A DNA stretch of 64,000 nt from contig NC_090417.1 in NCBI RefSeq assembly GCF_036365525.1, positions 434,001 to 498,000 of the forward strand. Reading direction: 5' to 3'. The DNA comes from Heterodontus francisci. Its lineage: Eukaryota. Position numbers and translations under genes: made by a program. The number at the start of each line of letters is the position of its first letter. Within the stretch, counting starts at the first letter, position 1. The notes under the pieces are model-generated. The model made no database searches. It had not been told where the DNA came from and was given only the letters and a program-made list of their open reading frames with translations. Shown piece by piece: positions 12,473 through 25,694 of this stretch.

Positions 12473-12806
12473 GGGCGGCACAGTGGCACAGTGGTTAGCA
12501 TCGCAGCCTCACAGCTCCAGCGACCCGGGTTCGATTCTGGGCACTGCCTGTGCGGAGTTTGCAAGTTCTCCCTGTGACTGCGTGGGTTTCCTCCGGGTGC
12601 TCCGGTTTCCTCCCACAGCCAAAGACTTGCAGGTTGATAGGCAAATTGGCCATTGTAAATTGCCCCGAGTGTAGGTAGGTGAGAGGAGAATTGAGGGACG
12701 GTGGGGATGTGAGAGGGATTAATGTAGGATTAGTATAAATGGGTGGTTGATGGTCGGCACGGACTCGGTGGGCCGAAGCGCCTGTTTCAGTGCTGTATCT
12801 CTCTAT
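12473..12806 (+). mobile_element. Full-length tRNA-derived V-SINE (HE1-like)
   Basis: Box A TGGCACAGTGG, box B GGTTCGATTC, V-domain tgcgtgggtttcctccgggtgctccggtttcctcccac, CR1-like tail; partial inverse copy at 60715-60935. Confidence 0.85.
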
Positions 12807-14217
12807 GAGATGTTAAACCAAGGCCCTGTGTCTGCCCTCTCAAAGAGATTCCCCGGCGCTATTTCGAAGAGCCCTAGATCATGCGGTCAACTTATCTTGC
12901 CTGCCGTTTGTGGGAGCTTGCTGTGCACAAATCCTCAGCTGTCTTTCCTCCACGAGTGAGGAGATGGACTGACATGTATAACATAGGATTACAGAAACAG
13001 TTCATTCGGCCCATCTAGTCCACGCTGGTGTTTATGCTCCACTCGAGCCTCCTCCCATCTAAATCTATCATAGTAACCCTTATTCCTTTCTCCCTCATGT
13101 GATTGTCCACCTTCCCCGTGAATGTATCTACACTATTCATCTAAACCACTCCCTGAGGTAGCAAGTTCCACATTCTCCCCATTCTCCTCCCATAATTGTT
13201 CCTTGCGTAAGGAAACTACACAGAACTCTAGGTGTGGCCTCACCAAATCCCTATGTAATTGCAGCAAGACTTCCTTAATCTTCCACTCCAAGCCTCTTGT
13301 GTTAAAGGTTAACATATCATTGGCCTTCGTAATGGCTTGTACCTGCGTGTTAACTTTCTGCACTGTGTCGATGACAGCTGGAACTGGGGCTATCCCAACT
13401 ATTTCACATACATCCCTTTTGGAGGGTCAAGGAGAATCCCTTCTGGATTCGAACCCAGGTCCCCAGGAATTAAAGACAGGGTTTTTGTGGGATTTGAGAA
13501 AAAAAAGACAGACTTATTTCACTCATGGTCTATTTTTGTGAATGTGATGCTACTTACAGGGATCACAATTACAATAGCAGTGAATCACCAGTGCTATATT
13601 AGACAGATCATTGCAAGATTCTCCTTTGCCAACCAGTGCAAGATTTAAATAATATGTGACTCTGATCTCACAATCCACTGAAGGGTTGTTTTTTTTTTAC
13701 TCATTCATGGGATGTGGGCGTCACTGGCCATGCCAGCATTTATTGCCCATCCCTAATTGCCCTTGAGAAGGTTGTATAAAGAAAAGTGTTGCTTTCACGG
13801 TTGAATAGCCTACTATCTGGTTTCACACGTGAAGAAAGGCCCGTTAAGAAGACCACAGAGAGTGGCTGGCACTGCAGTCCAGTTACTCTGAGGGATGAGG
13901 GGGAAACGATGGAGGCGAGGGATTGGGGGAACAAGTAATGAGGCCGTGTGGAGTGGAAGGAATACGTATATCATTTTTGAATATTTTTATTAACTGTAAA
14001 GTGACCTGGCTCCTGAAAATACCTTTCTTTAGCCCGAGTCGAGAAATGGGGCACGCACTCTCGCAAGGATCTGCCTTTCCTGCGTCGGATCGGTATCCAG
14101 TCGGAAAGAGGCAGGAACTGGGCCACTGACCTGATCTTCATGTTGTGATTCATGTCAGAAGAGCAGGTGCTCGCTACACTGCTTACATTAAAGGAGAAGC
14201 TTTCGCAAGGTCAAACC

Positions 14218-15096
14218 TGTTACGACCAGGTGATAAAGGGGTCTAGGGTTCCCTTTCAGCCTTCACCTGGTCTTACTGTAACAGGGTTTTATTTTTAAAC
14301 ACCACTTTCCAATTATAAGGCAAAGAAACCAGCACCAACAGGCTTTCTTAAAGAAGAAAAGTTGAAATTTATTAAACTTAAACTCTATTTCGGTTGACGT
14401 CTACGGATGCACAACGCGCCCCACCCTAGCATGCATTTACGATGCACACATGCAAACAGAGCAGAAGAAAAATAAAGTGGAAAGGTTTGAGGCAATATCT
14501 GAAGAGTTGTTACGGTCCTTCGAGCTCACTGTAGGGTCCTTGATTGTAGGTAGATCTTGCTTTTCGTTGGGGTCCAGTATTCTTCTTAAACCTTGTTCGC
14601 TGCAGGAGACTTTTCTCTCTTGGGTTCATGTATCTTCAGTGGATTCAGAGGCTTGTGAGAAAGAGATGGGAGCAGACAGACAGGAGAAGGCTGTGGCGAG
14701 CCAGCCAGGAGAGATCTTCTCAGTCCAGGAGCATTCTGTTTTCTGCCCAAACTGTTTGTACAAGTTCAAAAAACCCAGATTACCAAGCAAGTTAGTCATG
14801 CGACTAGCTGGTTTGACCATGTCCGTTTATGTATTCGGCCATCTTCGCAGTCAACCTGGAATGTGAGCTCCCCCACCTTCAAAGTCTGGTGATCAAAAGT
14901 CCATTGTGGGTTGAATGTGTCGGGGAATGGCTGTTTTGTCCTTTCCAAGCACTGTCTGTTAATATGCAAATGTCTTTCCAGCCAAGATCTGGCAATTGTT
15001 TTTAAAGAAAGTCCTTTCTTCATTTCAACAACAGTTTGAAATTTAATGACCATGTGGCGAAATTAATATGCCTCATGCTTGAGGGCATGCATGACA
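14218..15096. mobile_element. Solo LTR in VAMP8 intron 1
   Basis: TGTTA...TGACA termini flanked by a 4-bp direct repeat AACC (14214-14217 and 15097-15100). Confidence 0.8.
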
Positions 15097-16290
15097 AACC
15101 TTACTTTCATATGCCCCCTTTTGAGTTTTGTAACTGCCAGAAATGTCACGACTGAGGCATGCAGAAAGCTGGAATCCCCCTGGTAATCTTCCTCCAACAA
15201 GAATGTGCCGTGTCTGTTTGTGTGGCCTGACGCAGGAAAGAGACAAATTTCTTGTTGAACCAGTTATACATCTTAAACTAATGCAAAGTGTACAAAGCAG
15301 TGGCAGACATTTAACTTCCTGAGTGCCTTTCTTTGCCTTTTCGGATGGACGTCAAAGAACTCCTGGCACTGTTGGAAGAAGAGCAGGGGAGTGCTCTCCA
15401 TGTCCTGGCCAATGTTCATCCCTCAGTGACTGCCACCAAAAAACTCCCCCCCAAGTTATTTGGTTGTTCATCTCATTGCTGTTTATGGGCAAATTGGCTT
15501 CCTCATTTGCCTAAGATACAACAATGACTACACTTTAATAATTAATCAATTCATTGTAAGGGAGCTGGACCCAACTTCCACCACCTTAAGATCACCTGCC
15601 CTTACCTCACCCCACCTGCTGTTAAAACTGTCATCCAAAACGTCTCTCGTCTTGACTATTCTGGCTGCCCTTTACCCTTCACCTTCTGTAAACATCCATT
15701 CATCCAAAATTCAGCTACCCCTTGCCTATTCTACACAAAGTCCCACTCACTCGGCTGCTCTGCCCTTGCTGACAGTCATTGACTCTCAGTCCCCCAGTGC
15801 CTCAAATTTAAAATTGTTGACCTCACATTTAAATCCCTTCATGCCCATGCCCCATCCTTATCTCTATAATCTCCTCCGGGCCCACAACTCAACTCCCCTA
15901 AATTTTCCATTCATCTGCCTCTGGCCTCCCCACACCCCCCCCCCACCACCCTTCCTCCCACCATTGGTGGCCGTGTCATCAGCTGCCCAGGTGCCATGCT
16001 CTGGAATTCCCTCCTTAAGCCTCTCCACTTCTCCATTTCTTTCTCGTCCTTTAAGACACTTCCTGAAACCCACCTCTTGGACGACGTGTTCTGTCATCCA
16101 TCCAATATTCATTTCTCCTCTGCGGCGCGCCTTGGGAAATTTCTCTCCTCGTCCAAGGCGCTATACAAATGCAAGTTGCCTTTGCTCCAGTTTCCGTGTT
16201 GAAAGCAGTACTACATCCTGTAGTTTCAAGGAAATCGCAGTTTCTGACAGTGAAGTTGGCATAGCTGAGGAAGATCACCACAGCTGTTAC

Positions 16291-16570
16291 TGTTGACTGT
16301 CACTGTGCTCTGTTCACTGTAACTTTGCTCTGTTGGTTGTCGCTGTGCTCTGTCGATTGTTACTGTGCTCTGTTGACTGTTACTGTGCTCTGTTGGTTGT
16401 CGCTGTGCTCTGTTGACTGCTACTTTGCTCTGATTGTTACTGTGCTCTGTTGACTGTCGCTGTGCTCTGTTGACTGTCGCTGTGCTCTGTTGACTGTCAC
16501 TGTGCTCTGTTGACTGTTACTGTGCTCTGTTGACTGTCGCTGTGCTCTGTTGACCGTCGCTGTGCTCTGT
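16291..16570. repeat. 20-bp minisatellite, about 14 units
   Basis: Consensus TGTTGACTGTYRCTGTGCTC, abutting the VAMP8 exon 2 acceptor. Confidence 0.95.
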
Positions 16571-16576
16571 TGTCAG

Positions 16577-16729
16577 GAGGAAGGCCGTGTAGTGCAGGAC
16601 CGTGTCAGGACTCTCCAGAGTGATGTGGAAGGAGTGAAGACCATCATGTCTGAGAACGTCGATCGGATACTGGCTCGCGGGGAGAAGTTGGACGATCTCA
16701 TGAACAAGACCGAGGATCTGCAAGCCAGT
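16577..16729 (+). CDS. VAMP8: VAMP8 (endobrevin) exon 2, R-SNARE motif
   Basis: tgtcag|GAG...AGT|gtaagc; [51 protein letters not shown]. Confidence 0.96.
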
Positions 16730-18295
16730 GTAAGCTGCCGATTGTTAACCAGATGCACTTAAAAGCTCTCCCCCCCACCCCCCCTGTGAAGCACTTGGTA
16801 AAAGGAGTGAGCAGCCGAGCTCTGCAGACTTCAAAGTCCCAAGTTCAAACTCTGGCCTGTGCTGACTTTGCTGATCTCAGTCAGGGGAGCAGGAGGTATG
16901 TGGCAATTGGACTGAGGAACCCCGGAATAGGGAGGGGAAGATCAGCCAAGACTCCTGCACCCACTTGGTGCCTGCACTTTGTGTGGACATTCGGTGAGGG
17001 CAAAAGAGAGCTTGGCTATAATGCCCGTCAAAGTCAAACATCTTGTTCACACTCACCGCCTCAGCTCACACACACTGAGAGTGGTTGCATGGACAAGGTA
17101 CACGAGGATGCTTTGTGCTGTTGGGCCCACACTCCATCAGGAGTCAATGTCAAATACACTCAAGAAATTCATTACCTTTCTGACCTGAGCGAGTCTGCTT
17201 GTCCCAATCTATATAAATGTTAAGATCCCCCGTTAAAACCACTCTGCCTTTGCTACATGCTTGTCTAATCTCTGCATTTGTACAATCTACCACTTCACGG
17301 CTGCTGTCGGTGGGAGTTGTGTATAGGCCCCCTACAGTCTTAAATCCTTTTCTATTTCTTCATTCTACCCAGAAAGTCTCCACTGCCTGCGTACCTCTCA
17401 TTATATCCTCTCTTATCATTGCAGTGATTTCATCTCTAATCACGAAGGTTCCTCCCCTCCCCCTCTACCATTTCCCTCTCTTTCCTGTCGACCTTATAAC
17501 CTGGTGGATTTAGTTCCCAGTCCTGACTGTCTTGCAGCCATGTCTCAGTAATGGCGACCATGTCATACCCTCCAAGTTGAAATTGCTCCTGCAATTCATT
17601 CAGTTGGTTGCTTATACTCCATGTGTTTGTATAAAAACCTGTCCTTCAGCTCTCATGTATTACTCACTTGTTTCTTATTTCTCTCCCCTGGTTTAATACT
17701 TGGTTCAATTGGTATTCAAACCTGGCCTTTGGGTCAGAAGGTTGTGTTGTTGAACACCATGGCTCAATTATATATGCTAGGATTAATAACCGTGCTGTAT
17801 TTTTGTTTATTCATTCACGAAATGTGGGCATTGCTTGCACACTGGCATTTGTTGCCCATCCCTATTTCTCCTCGCAAAGGTGGTGGTGAGCCGCCTTCTT
17901 GAACCACCGCATTCCTTGTGGTGAGGGTACACCCACAGCACAGTTAGGTGGGGTGTTCCAGGAATTTAACCCAAGGGATGATGAAGAAATGATGATATGT
18001 TTCCAAGCCAGGATGTTGTATGACTTGTGGGGTGAGCTTGCAGGTGGTGGGTGTTCTTTGTCCCTTCCGCCCTTGTCTTTCTAGATGGTAAAGGTTGGGG
18101 GTTTGGGAGGCGCTGTTGAAGGAGGCTTGGTGGGTTGCTGTAGTGCATCTTGTAGATGGTACACGTGGTATGTCGGAGTGAATGCTGTGGACAGTTCCTC
18201 CTGTTGTGTGAAGCGCCTGAGAGAGGGTTTGAGGTGACAGGGCACAATTTAAATGCAACTGTTATTTATTATACTATTTGCCCATTGCTTTGCAG

Positions 18296-18439
18296 TCAGA
18301 GCACTTCAAAACCACCTCACAGAAAGTGGCGAGGAAATACTGGTGGAAAAATACAAAGATGATCATCCTGCTTGTAGTCATCGTCGTCATTATCCTGACC
18401 CTGATTATTCTCTTTGCCACAGGGGTCATTCCAACCTAA
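18296..18439 (+). CDS. VAMP8: VAMP8 last coding exon, transmembrane anchor
   Basis: ttgcag|TCA GAG; [47 protein letters not shown]. Confidence 0.96.
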   Translation, partial: SEHFKTTSQKVARKYWWKNTKMIILLVVIVVIILTLIILFATGVIPT

Positions 18440-18628
18440 CAGCAGGCGCCCGTGGAGTACCTCAGCATGGTTTGACTTGAGTTGTTTAGTAAGACGTTTT
18501 GTGTTCTTTTTGTCCAGTCTATGTCCTGCTCTCGTGATGCAGATGCACTCTTGGTGCTGTATATTTTCAACTGTACACAACCCCGCAAAAATTATTTGTA
18601 AAAAACTTACTGATGTAAATGTTGAGTC

Positions 18629-18634
18629 AATAAA
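18629..18634 (+). terminator. Probable VAMP8 polyadenylation signal
   Basis: AATAAA about 190 nt after the stop codon. Confidence 0.6.
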
Positions 18635-19329
18635 ATATTAGGAAGAGGGCTGGAAATACCAGAAATGTCCTCAAGTAACCATTACTACGTTTTCCGTGAA
18701 TTCTGTGCGCACTGAGGTGAGAGACTTTAGTAGTGGTGAAAGGAATAATTTATCTTAGGCATTGAGCTTGCCCAGGTCAGCTATAGCATAGATTATATGT
18801 ACAGTAAAGCTCATTCTACACTATCCCCATCAAACACTCCCAGGGCAGGTACAGCACGGGGTTAGATAAAGCAAAGCTCACTTTATTACTCTGTTCAAAA
18901 AATGTGCATCACTCCTCAGCAAGAAGAACGCCCCTCTACTATGCTAATGTGACACATTCCAAAGAATGGCAGTTTGTAATGTGACATAAAACTGGTCCTT
19001 CCTCTTGTGTGTTGTGCAAGCTCGGTATTTTAACACTGGCCTGCTTTGGCTCAGATAAGCTTTCCAAATATTTGAACACTCCCTCATATTGGTTAACTGG
19101 GACCGAATTGAAGATCCCTTAACTGTGGATCAGGGTGGAAGAGAATGTTGGAACAGCTCTTTTTAATATTGTAATCTTCGATCTGAATTGCTTTGAATGT
19201 GGATGATTAAAGTTTACTTGCCTCTGTGTGAGCTGAATCGTGTGTCATTTTTCTGCAGATTTTCACATCGCTTTCAAAATCCCGACTGTCTAGCCTTCCC
19301 TTCAGCACATTACTACAGCTAATGATTTG

Positions 19330-20640
19330 CTCAACCATACCGTCAATGCCATCGTCCCGAAATAAACCATTACTCTGTCTCGACACAGTACCAAAACAGC
19401 TCTTATCAAAGTCTGACATCCTATGTGACTGTGATAAACTATCCCTCCTCGTCCCGTCTGCACCCTTTGACGCGGTTGACCACACCATCCTCCCCCAACG
19501 CCTCTCCACTGTCGTCCAGCTGGGTGGGTCTGCACTCACCTGGTTCCGTTCTTATCTATCTAATCGTAGACCGGGTATCTCCTGCAATGGCTTCTCTTCC
19601 TGCTCCTGCACTGTTTACCTCTGGTGTCCCTCAAAGGTTCTAATCCCTGGCCACCCCCCCCCTCCTATTTCCCATCTACATGCTACCCTCGGTGACATCA
19701 GCCAAAAGCACAGCGTTAGATTTCACATGTATGCTGATGACACCCAGCTTTATCTCACCGCCATCTCTCTCAACTCCCCTACTGTTGCTAAATTATCACA
19801 ATGCTTATCTGACATCCAGTACTGGAGGAGCAGAAATTCCAATAATGGGGAGACTGAGGCCATTGTTCCCAGACTACTGTTCCCTAGCTACCGACTCCAT
19901 CCCTCTCCCTGGCAACTGTCTGAGGCTGAACCGGACTGTTTGCAACTTTGGTGTCATATTTCACCCCAACAGGAGCTTCCGACCACATATCTGCATCATC
20001 ATTAAAACCACATATTTCCACCTCTGCAACATTGCCTGACCTCGCCCCCGTCCCTGCCTCAGCTCATCTGCTGCTGAAATCCTTACTTCCCTTCATTACC
20101 TCTAGACTTGACTGTTCCAACGCACTCCTGACTGGTCTCCCACATTCCTGAGGTCATCCAAAACTCTGCTGCCTGTGTCCTAACTTGTACCAAATCCCGT
20201 TCACTCATCACCCCCTGTGCTCATTGATCTACGCTGGCTCCCGGTCAAGTAACGCTTTGATTTTATAAACTCTCGTCCTTGTTTTCAAATCCCTCCATGG
20301 CCTCACCCCTCCCTATCTCTGTAATCCCCTCCAGCCCCACAACCCTCCGAGGTATCTGCGAGCATCGAATTGCAGCCTCTTGAGCATCCCTGATTGTAAT
20401 CGCTCCACCATTGGCGGCCGTGCCTTTGGCTGCCTGAGCCCTCAACTCTGGAATTCCCTCCCGAAACCCCTCTACCTTCCTTTAAGTTCCTTCACACCTA
20501 CCTTGAGCAAGCTTTAGGCTGTCTGTCCTAATATCACCTTATGTGGCTCAGTGTCAAATTTTGCTTTAGAAATTTCCCGCAAAGTGCCTTTGGGACATTT
20601 TTATGGTGTTGAACGCACTATATAAATGTAACGTGGTTGT
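19330..20640 (+). mobile_element. Degenerate L2-type LINE 3' part
   Basis: FDAVDH, MYADDTQLY, ITSRLDCSNALL; similar to 3620-4800 and 15590-16170. Confidence 0.82.
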
Positions 20641-21104
20641 TGCATGTTTTACTTCTTCTACTGGTTTCCTCCTCTCCCTGAAGGCGCTGTCTCTCACTTG
20701 GTGTTTTCTGGTCCCTTGCCCACATCCTCAGTCTTCATGTTTGAGCTTAGACTGTGAATGCGGGCGGGCTATTTGCTTGTGGGAGCCTGATCCAAACCTT
20801 GCCTCATATCCACACACATGCCTTTCTAGCAAATGGAGTCACTGGGTAGTGACTGTCCCTAACCCAGGTCCACAGAAACCAATTGTCATTGCCTTCGCCC
20901 TCCCCTCTAGCTAACTCATAGATTACAGAATCAAGAAGTGGTACCATTCCTTTCTCTCAACACGGGAAATGAGAGCTGAGGTAACTAATACAACAGCTCT
21001 CAGTACTTCCTTTTAATGCAATTGTTTCTGAATCTATTTCTGACCATGTGACAACACAACAGTATCAGAGGAACACTATGCTGCATCAGAGTTAATGCTC
21101 CAAG

Positions 21105-22070
21105 CATTAACGGTTTGGACGTAAATGTGGGGGACATGGTCAAGAAGTTTGCAGATGACACTTAAGATTGTCCATGTGGTAGATAGTGAGGAGAGCTGTG
21201 GGCTGCAGGAAGATGTTGATGGTCTGGTCAGATGGGCAGAAAAGTGGCAAATGGAATTCAACCTGGAGAAGTGTGAGGTGATGCATTTGGGGAGGTCAAA
21301 CAAGGCAAAGGAATACACGATTAATGGGAGAATACTGAGAGGTGTAGAGGAAGTGAGGGACCTTGGAGTGAATGTCCACAGATCCCTGAAGGTAGCAGGA
21401 CAAGTCGATAAGGTGGTTAAGAAGGCATATGGAATCCTTTCCTTTATTAGCCAAAGTATAGAATATAGAGCAGGGAGGTTATGCTGGAACTGTATAAATC
21501 ATTGGTTAGGCCACAACTTGAATACTGTGTGCAGTTCTGGTCACCTCATTACAGAAAGGATGTCATTGCACCAGAGAGGGTACAGAGGAGATTTACAAGG
21601 ATGTTGCCAGGACTGGAAAAATGCAGCTGTGAGGAAAGATTGGATAGGCTGGGGTTGTTTTCCTTGGAACAGAAGAGGCTGAGGGGAGATTTGATTGAGA
21701 TGTACAAAGGTGTGAGGGGCCTGAATCGAGTGGAGGTGAAGGGTCTATTCACCTCAGCAGAGAAGTCAGTGAGGAAGGAGTATAGATTTAAAGTGATTGG
21801 TAGAAAAATTAAAGGGAGATAAGGAAAAACATTTTCACCCAGTGGGTGGTTAGGGGTCTGGAACTCACTGCCTGAAAAGGTAGTTGAGGCAGAGACCCTC
21901 AACTCATTCAAAAGGAGTCTGGATATGCACCTCAAGTGCCCTCATCTGCAGGGCTACGGACCGAATGCTGGAAGGTGGGATTAGAATAGGTGAATCCTTT
22001 TTTGGCCGGCACAGACACGATGGGCCGAGTGGCCTCTTTCTGCGCCGTAAACATTCTCTGATTCTATGAT
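21105..22070 (+). mobile_element. CR1 LINE 3' fragment
   Basis: WAEKWQMEFN, LVRPQLEYCVQFWSP, tail. Confidence 0.88.
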
Positions 22071-22507
22071 TGAACATTGAGATTAAATTGTGGGCTACAT
22101 CCCCTCACTTTCCATAGATAAACTCCCAGTGAGTGCTGTGACTGGGCTGTGCATCTTCTTCATAAGCGGATGTCAAACGCACCTCGCTACATCTGGCCGT
22201 TTTCATCCAGTCGCCTTAAAATAAATTCTGCACCAGGCGGAGGCCTTGCCAGGCTATAGGCTGCGACTATGTACCACGGGCCTGGTTACAGCACTCTTAA
22301 TCCTACTGCCGGAACAGCGCCACGATTTGCCTTGCTGAAGGTCTGTTTGAAATGTAAACCACAACACTTGTTGCAGACCAGTGCAGAGTTTGCATCAAGA
22401 CAATAACGCCTCAAGAACGTGCAACTGCACAAGGCCTGGTGACCACTCCGCCATCTCACACAAAAACCTCATAAATGACTAGATAAAATCAGGAAGCTGG
22501 CTTTCAC

Positions 22508-22534
22508 TGTGTGTGTGTGTGTGTGTGTGTGTGT
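22508..22534. repeat. (TG)n microsatellite
   Basis: Direct reading. Confidence 0.9.
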
Positions 22535-22544
22535 AGTGTTGTGT

Positions 22545-22700
22545 TTCTGGGTTCAAGTTCCAGTTCAGAGACTTAAGCACAAAACCTAGGCTAATACTTC
22601 AGTGCAGTACTGAGGGAGTGCTGCACTGTCAGAGGTCAGGCCTTTTGGATGTTAGACCAAAGCCCCATTTGAAGTTTCAGGTGGAGAGCGGGGGAGTTCT
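22545..22700 (+). mobile_element. Deu-type SINE fragment (SacSINE1/AmnSINE1-like)
   Basis: cagtgcagtactgagggagtgctgcactgtcagaggt core; related copies near 52790-53000, 58750-59020 (+) and 8820-9010, 10690-10960, 12320-12450 (-). Confidence 0.65.
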
Positions 22701-22894
22701 CAGCATTTGTAGCAATGGTGAAAGCTCTTTAAAACTAGCCTTCCCAGAAATAAAGAAATAAAGCATGCTAAAGTTGGTATGCAAAGATAAGGAACCTTTA
22801 GTTGCTCTAAGTTCAAGATTTCAACAGAGTGCAGCAGTGAATGTTTTCACACTGTGTCTGCCTGAACTGTGAAATTCCCGATCGCCTCCTTCAA

Positions 22895-25485
22895 AACGTG
22901 GTGAGCATTAGGAGGAGGTATTGGGTAGGTTGTCAGTACTTAAAGTTGATAAGGCGCCGGGACCGGATGCATCCTAGGATACTGAACAAAGTGAGAGTGG
23001 AAATTGCGGATGCACTGGCAATAATTTTCCAGTCTTCCTTCGACTCGGGGGTGGTGCCAGAGGACCTCAAAAGGATACAGACAAGTTGGTGGAATGGGCA
23101 GACAGGTGGCAGATGAAGTTCAATGCGGAGAAATGTGAAGTGATTCATTTTGGTAGGAAGAACATGGAGAGACAATATGGAATAAAAGGTACCATTCTAA
23201 AGGGGGTGCAGGAGCAGAGGGACCTAGGTGTATATGTGCATAAGTCATTGAAGGTGGCAGAACAGGTTAAGAGAGCAGTTAATAAGCATACAGTATCCTG
23301 GGCTGTATTAATAAGGGCATAGAGTAGAGCAAGGAGGTTATGTTGAACTTGTAAAAGACACTAGTTCGACCTCACTTTAGGAAAGCATTGAGGGCATTGG
23401 AGAAAGTACAGAAAAGATTCACGAGAATGGTTCCAGGGATGAGGAACTTCAGTTATGAAGATAGATTGGAGAAGTTAGGACTGTTTTCCTTGGAGAGAAG
23501 GCTGAGAGGTGATTTGATAGAGGTATTCAAAATCATGAGGGGCCTGGAAAGAGTAGGTAGAGAGAAACTGTTCCCATTGGTGAAAGGATTGAGAATGAGA
23601 GGGCGCAGATTTAAGATAATTGGCAAAAGACGTAGGATCTGGAATACACTGCCTGAGAGTGCGGTGGGGGCAGGTTCAATCGAGGCATTCGTGATGTAAA
23701 TATTAACTATTCTGTGATTCTGTGTTTTAAGAGAGTATTTTGAGCTGAGTAACTCTCGGATGAAGGCAATTGGAGGTGATGAACAACATTTAAAACATGT
23801 ATCTTATTCCCCGCACCCCCCCCCCCCCACGATTTTCTCCCCGCATCCTTTCCTGAGAGAGCTGACTCCTCCCTAAGAGTGTGGTTCAATGGCCGCTTCA
23901 TTGTCCTCAGCACCCAGTTTCCATCAGTGAGCTATTCAACCACGTGGGGCATCGCAGCGGAGCGAGGTCCTATTCTCATTCACCGCCATGGGCTCGCATT
24001 CAGCAGGAGTTGATGGATAGTTGATCATTAGCAGACAATCATCAATCTATAATCATCACTACAGTGGAGAGCGGCCAACCGAACCCAAGCTGAGGATTGC
24101 CTTCTTTTGCATGCCCACCAGAGGGAGCCACTAGCTGCAATGAAACCTTGCAGCCGGTTGAGCCTCTTTGGTCCATTTACAGTCGTAGCAGCTGCATTTA
24201 TTGTGCTTATTCTGCTGAATTATGTGAGATGGTAGATGGAATTTAATACTGTCGAGTGTGAGGTGATGCATTTTGGCAGCAGGAATAGCGAGAGGCAATA
24301 TATACTTAGTGGCACAGTTCTAAAGAGCGTGCAGGAACAGGGGGACCTGGGGTTGCATATGCATCGATCTTTGAAGGTGGCAGGACATATTGAGAGAGTG
24401 GTTGGTGAAGCATTTGGGATCTTGGGCTTCATAAATACAAAATAAAATAAACTGAATACAAAAAGACGGAAGTCATGCTGAACATTTATAAAGCTCTGGT
24501 TAGGCCCCAATTGGAGTACTGCGCCCAGGAGTATAATGTGGGAAAATGTGAACTTGTCCACTTTGGCAGGAAGAATAGAAAAGCTGTATATTATTTAAAT
24601 GGAGACAGACTGCAGAACTCTGCAGTACAGAGGGAGCTGGGTGTCCTGGTACATGAATCACAAAAAGGTTGGTATGCAAGTACAGCAAGTGATTAGGAAG
24701 GCAAATGAAATGTTGCCGTTTATTGCAAGGGGAAATCGAGTATAAAAGTAGGGAAGTTTTACTGCAGCTGTGCAGGAACTTGGTGAGACCACATCTGGAG
24801 AATTGTGGACAGTTTTGGTCTCCTTATTTGAAAAAGGATATAATTGTATTAGAAGCAGTTCAGAGAAGGTTCATTCGACTAATTCCGGGGAATGAAGGGC
24901 TTATATTATGAAGAAAGATTGAACAGGTTGGACCTTTACTCATCGGAGTTTAGAAGAATGAGAGGTGATCTTATTGAAACATATAAGATCCTGATAGAGT
25001 GAATACTGGGAGTATGTTTCCTCTTGTAGGGGAGACAAGAACTAGGGGACACAGTTTAAGAATAAGAGACCTCCCTTTGAAGACGGAGATGAGGAGAATT
25101 TATTTTTTCAAAGGGTCACTAGTCTGCGGAATTTTCTTCCCCAGAAAGCAGTGGGGGCTGGGTCATTGAACTTATTCAAGGCCGAGTTAGATAGATTTTT
25201 AACGGACAGGGGTGGCAAGCGTTATGGGACGGGGAAGTTGAGTTGAGACCACAACCAGATCAGCCATGGTCTTATCGAATGGCGGAGCAGGCTCGAAGGG
25301 CCGAATGGCCTACTCCTGCTCCTAACTGCTGAGTTCCTGTTTTCTGTTCACCGCATTTTAGGAAGGATGTGAGGGTCCTCGAGAGGGTGTCGAGGAAGAT
25401 TTACCAGAATGGTTCCAGGGATGGGGGAATTTTAGTTACAAGGCTAGGTTGGAAAAGCTGGGTTTGTTCTCCTTAGAGCAAAGGA
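22895..25485 (+). mobile_element. Cluster of CR1 fragments (22895-23700, 24225-24530, 24530-25335, 25350-25485)
   Basis: Repeated RT C-terminal motifs (KCEVIHFG, RDLGV, QRRF). Confidence 0.82.
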
Positions 25486-25694
25486 CATGTCAAGGACAGA
25501 AAGGCACTGTACAAATGCAATTTCCCTCCTTATGGGCTTATCAACTCTTGCCAGTGAGTCAGAGGAGTTCTCCCTGGCCAGCCCTTAACCCTCAACCAAC
25601 ACCTAAATCAGGTTAACTGGTCATTCATCTCATTGCTATTGCTGGGAGCTTGCTCTGTGCAAATTGGCTGCTGCCTTTCTTTTTTTATTGATTC

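Noticed and set aside
12473-12545. tRNA gene
   Set aside because: It is the tRNA-derived head of a V-SINE and continues into the SINE body
15460-16296. 278-aa ORF
   Set aside because: Lies over decayed SINE and L2 sequence in VAMP8 intron 1; no coherent domain
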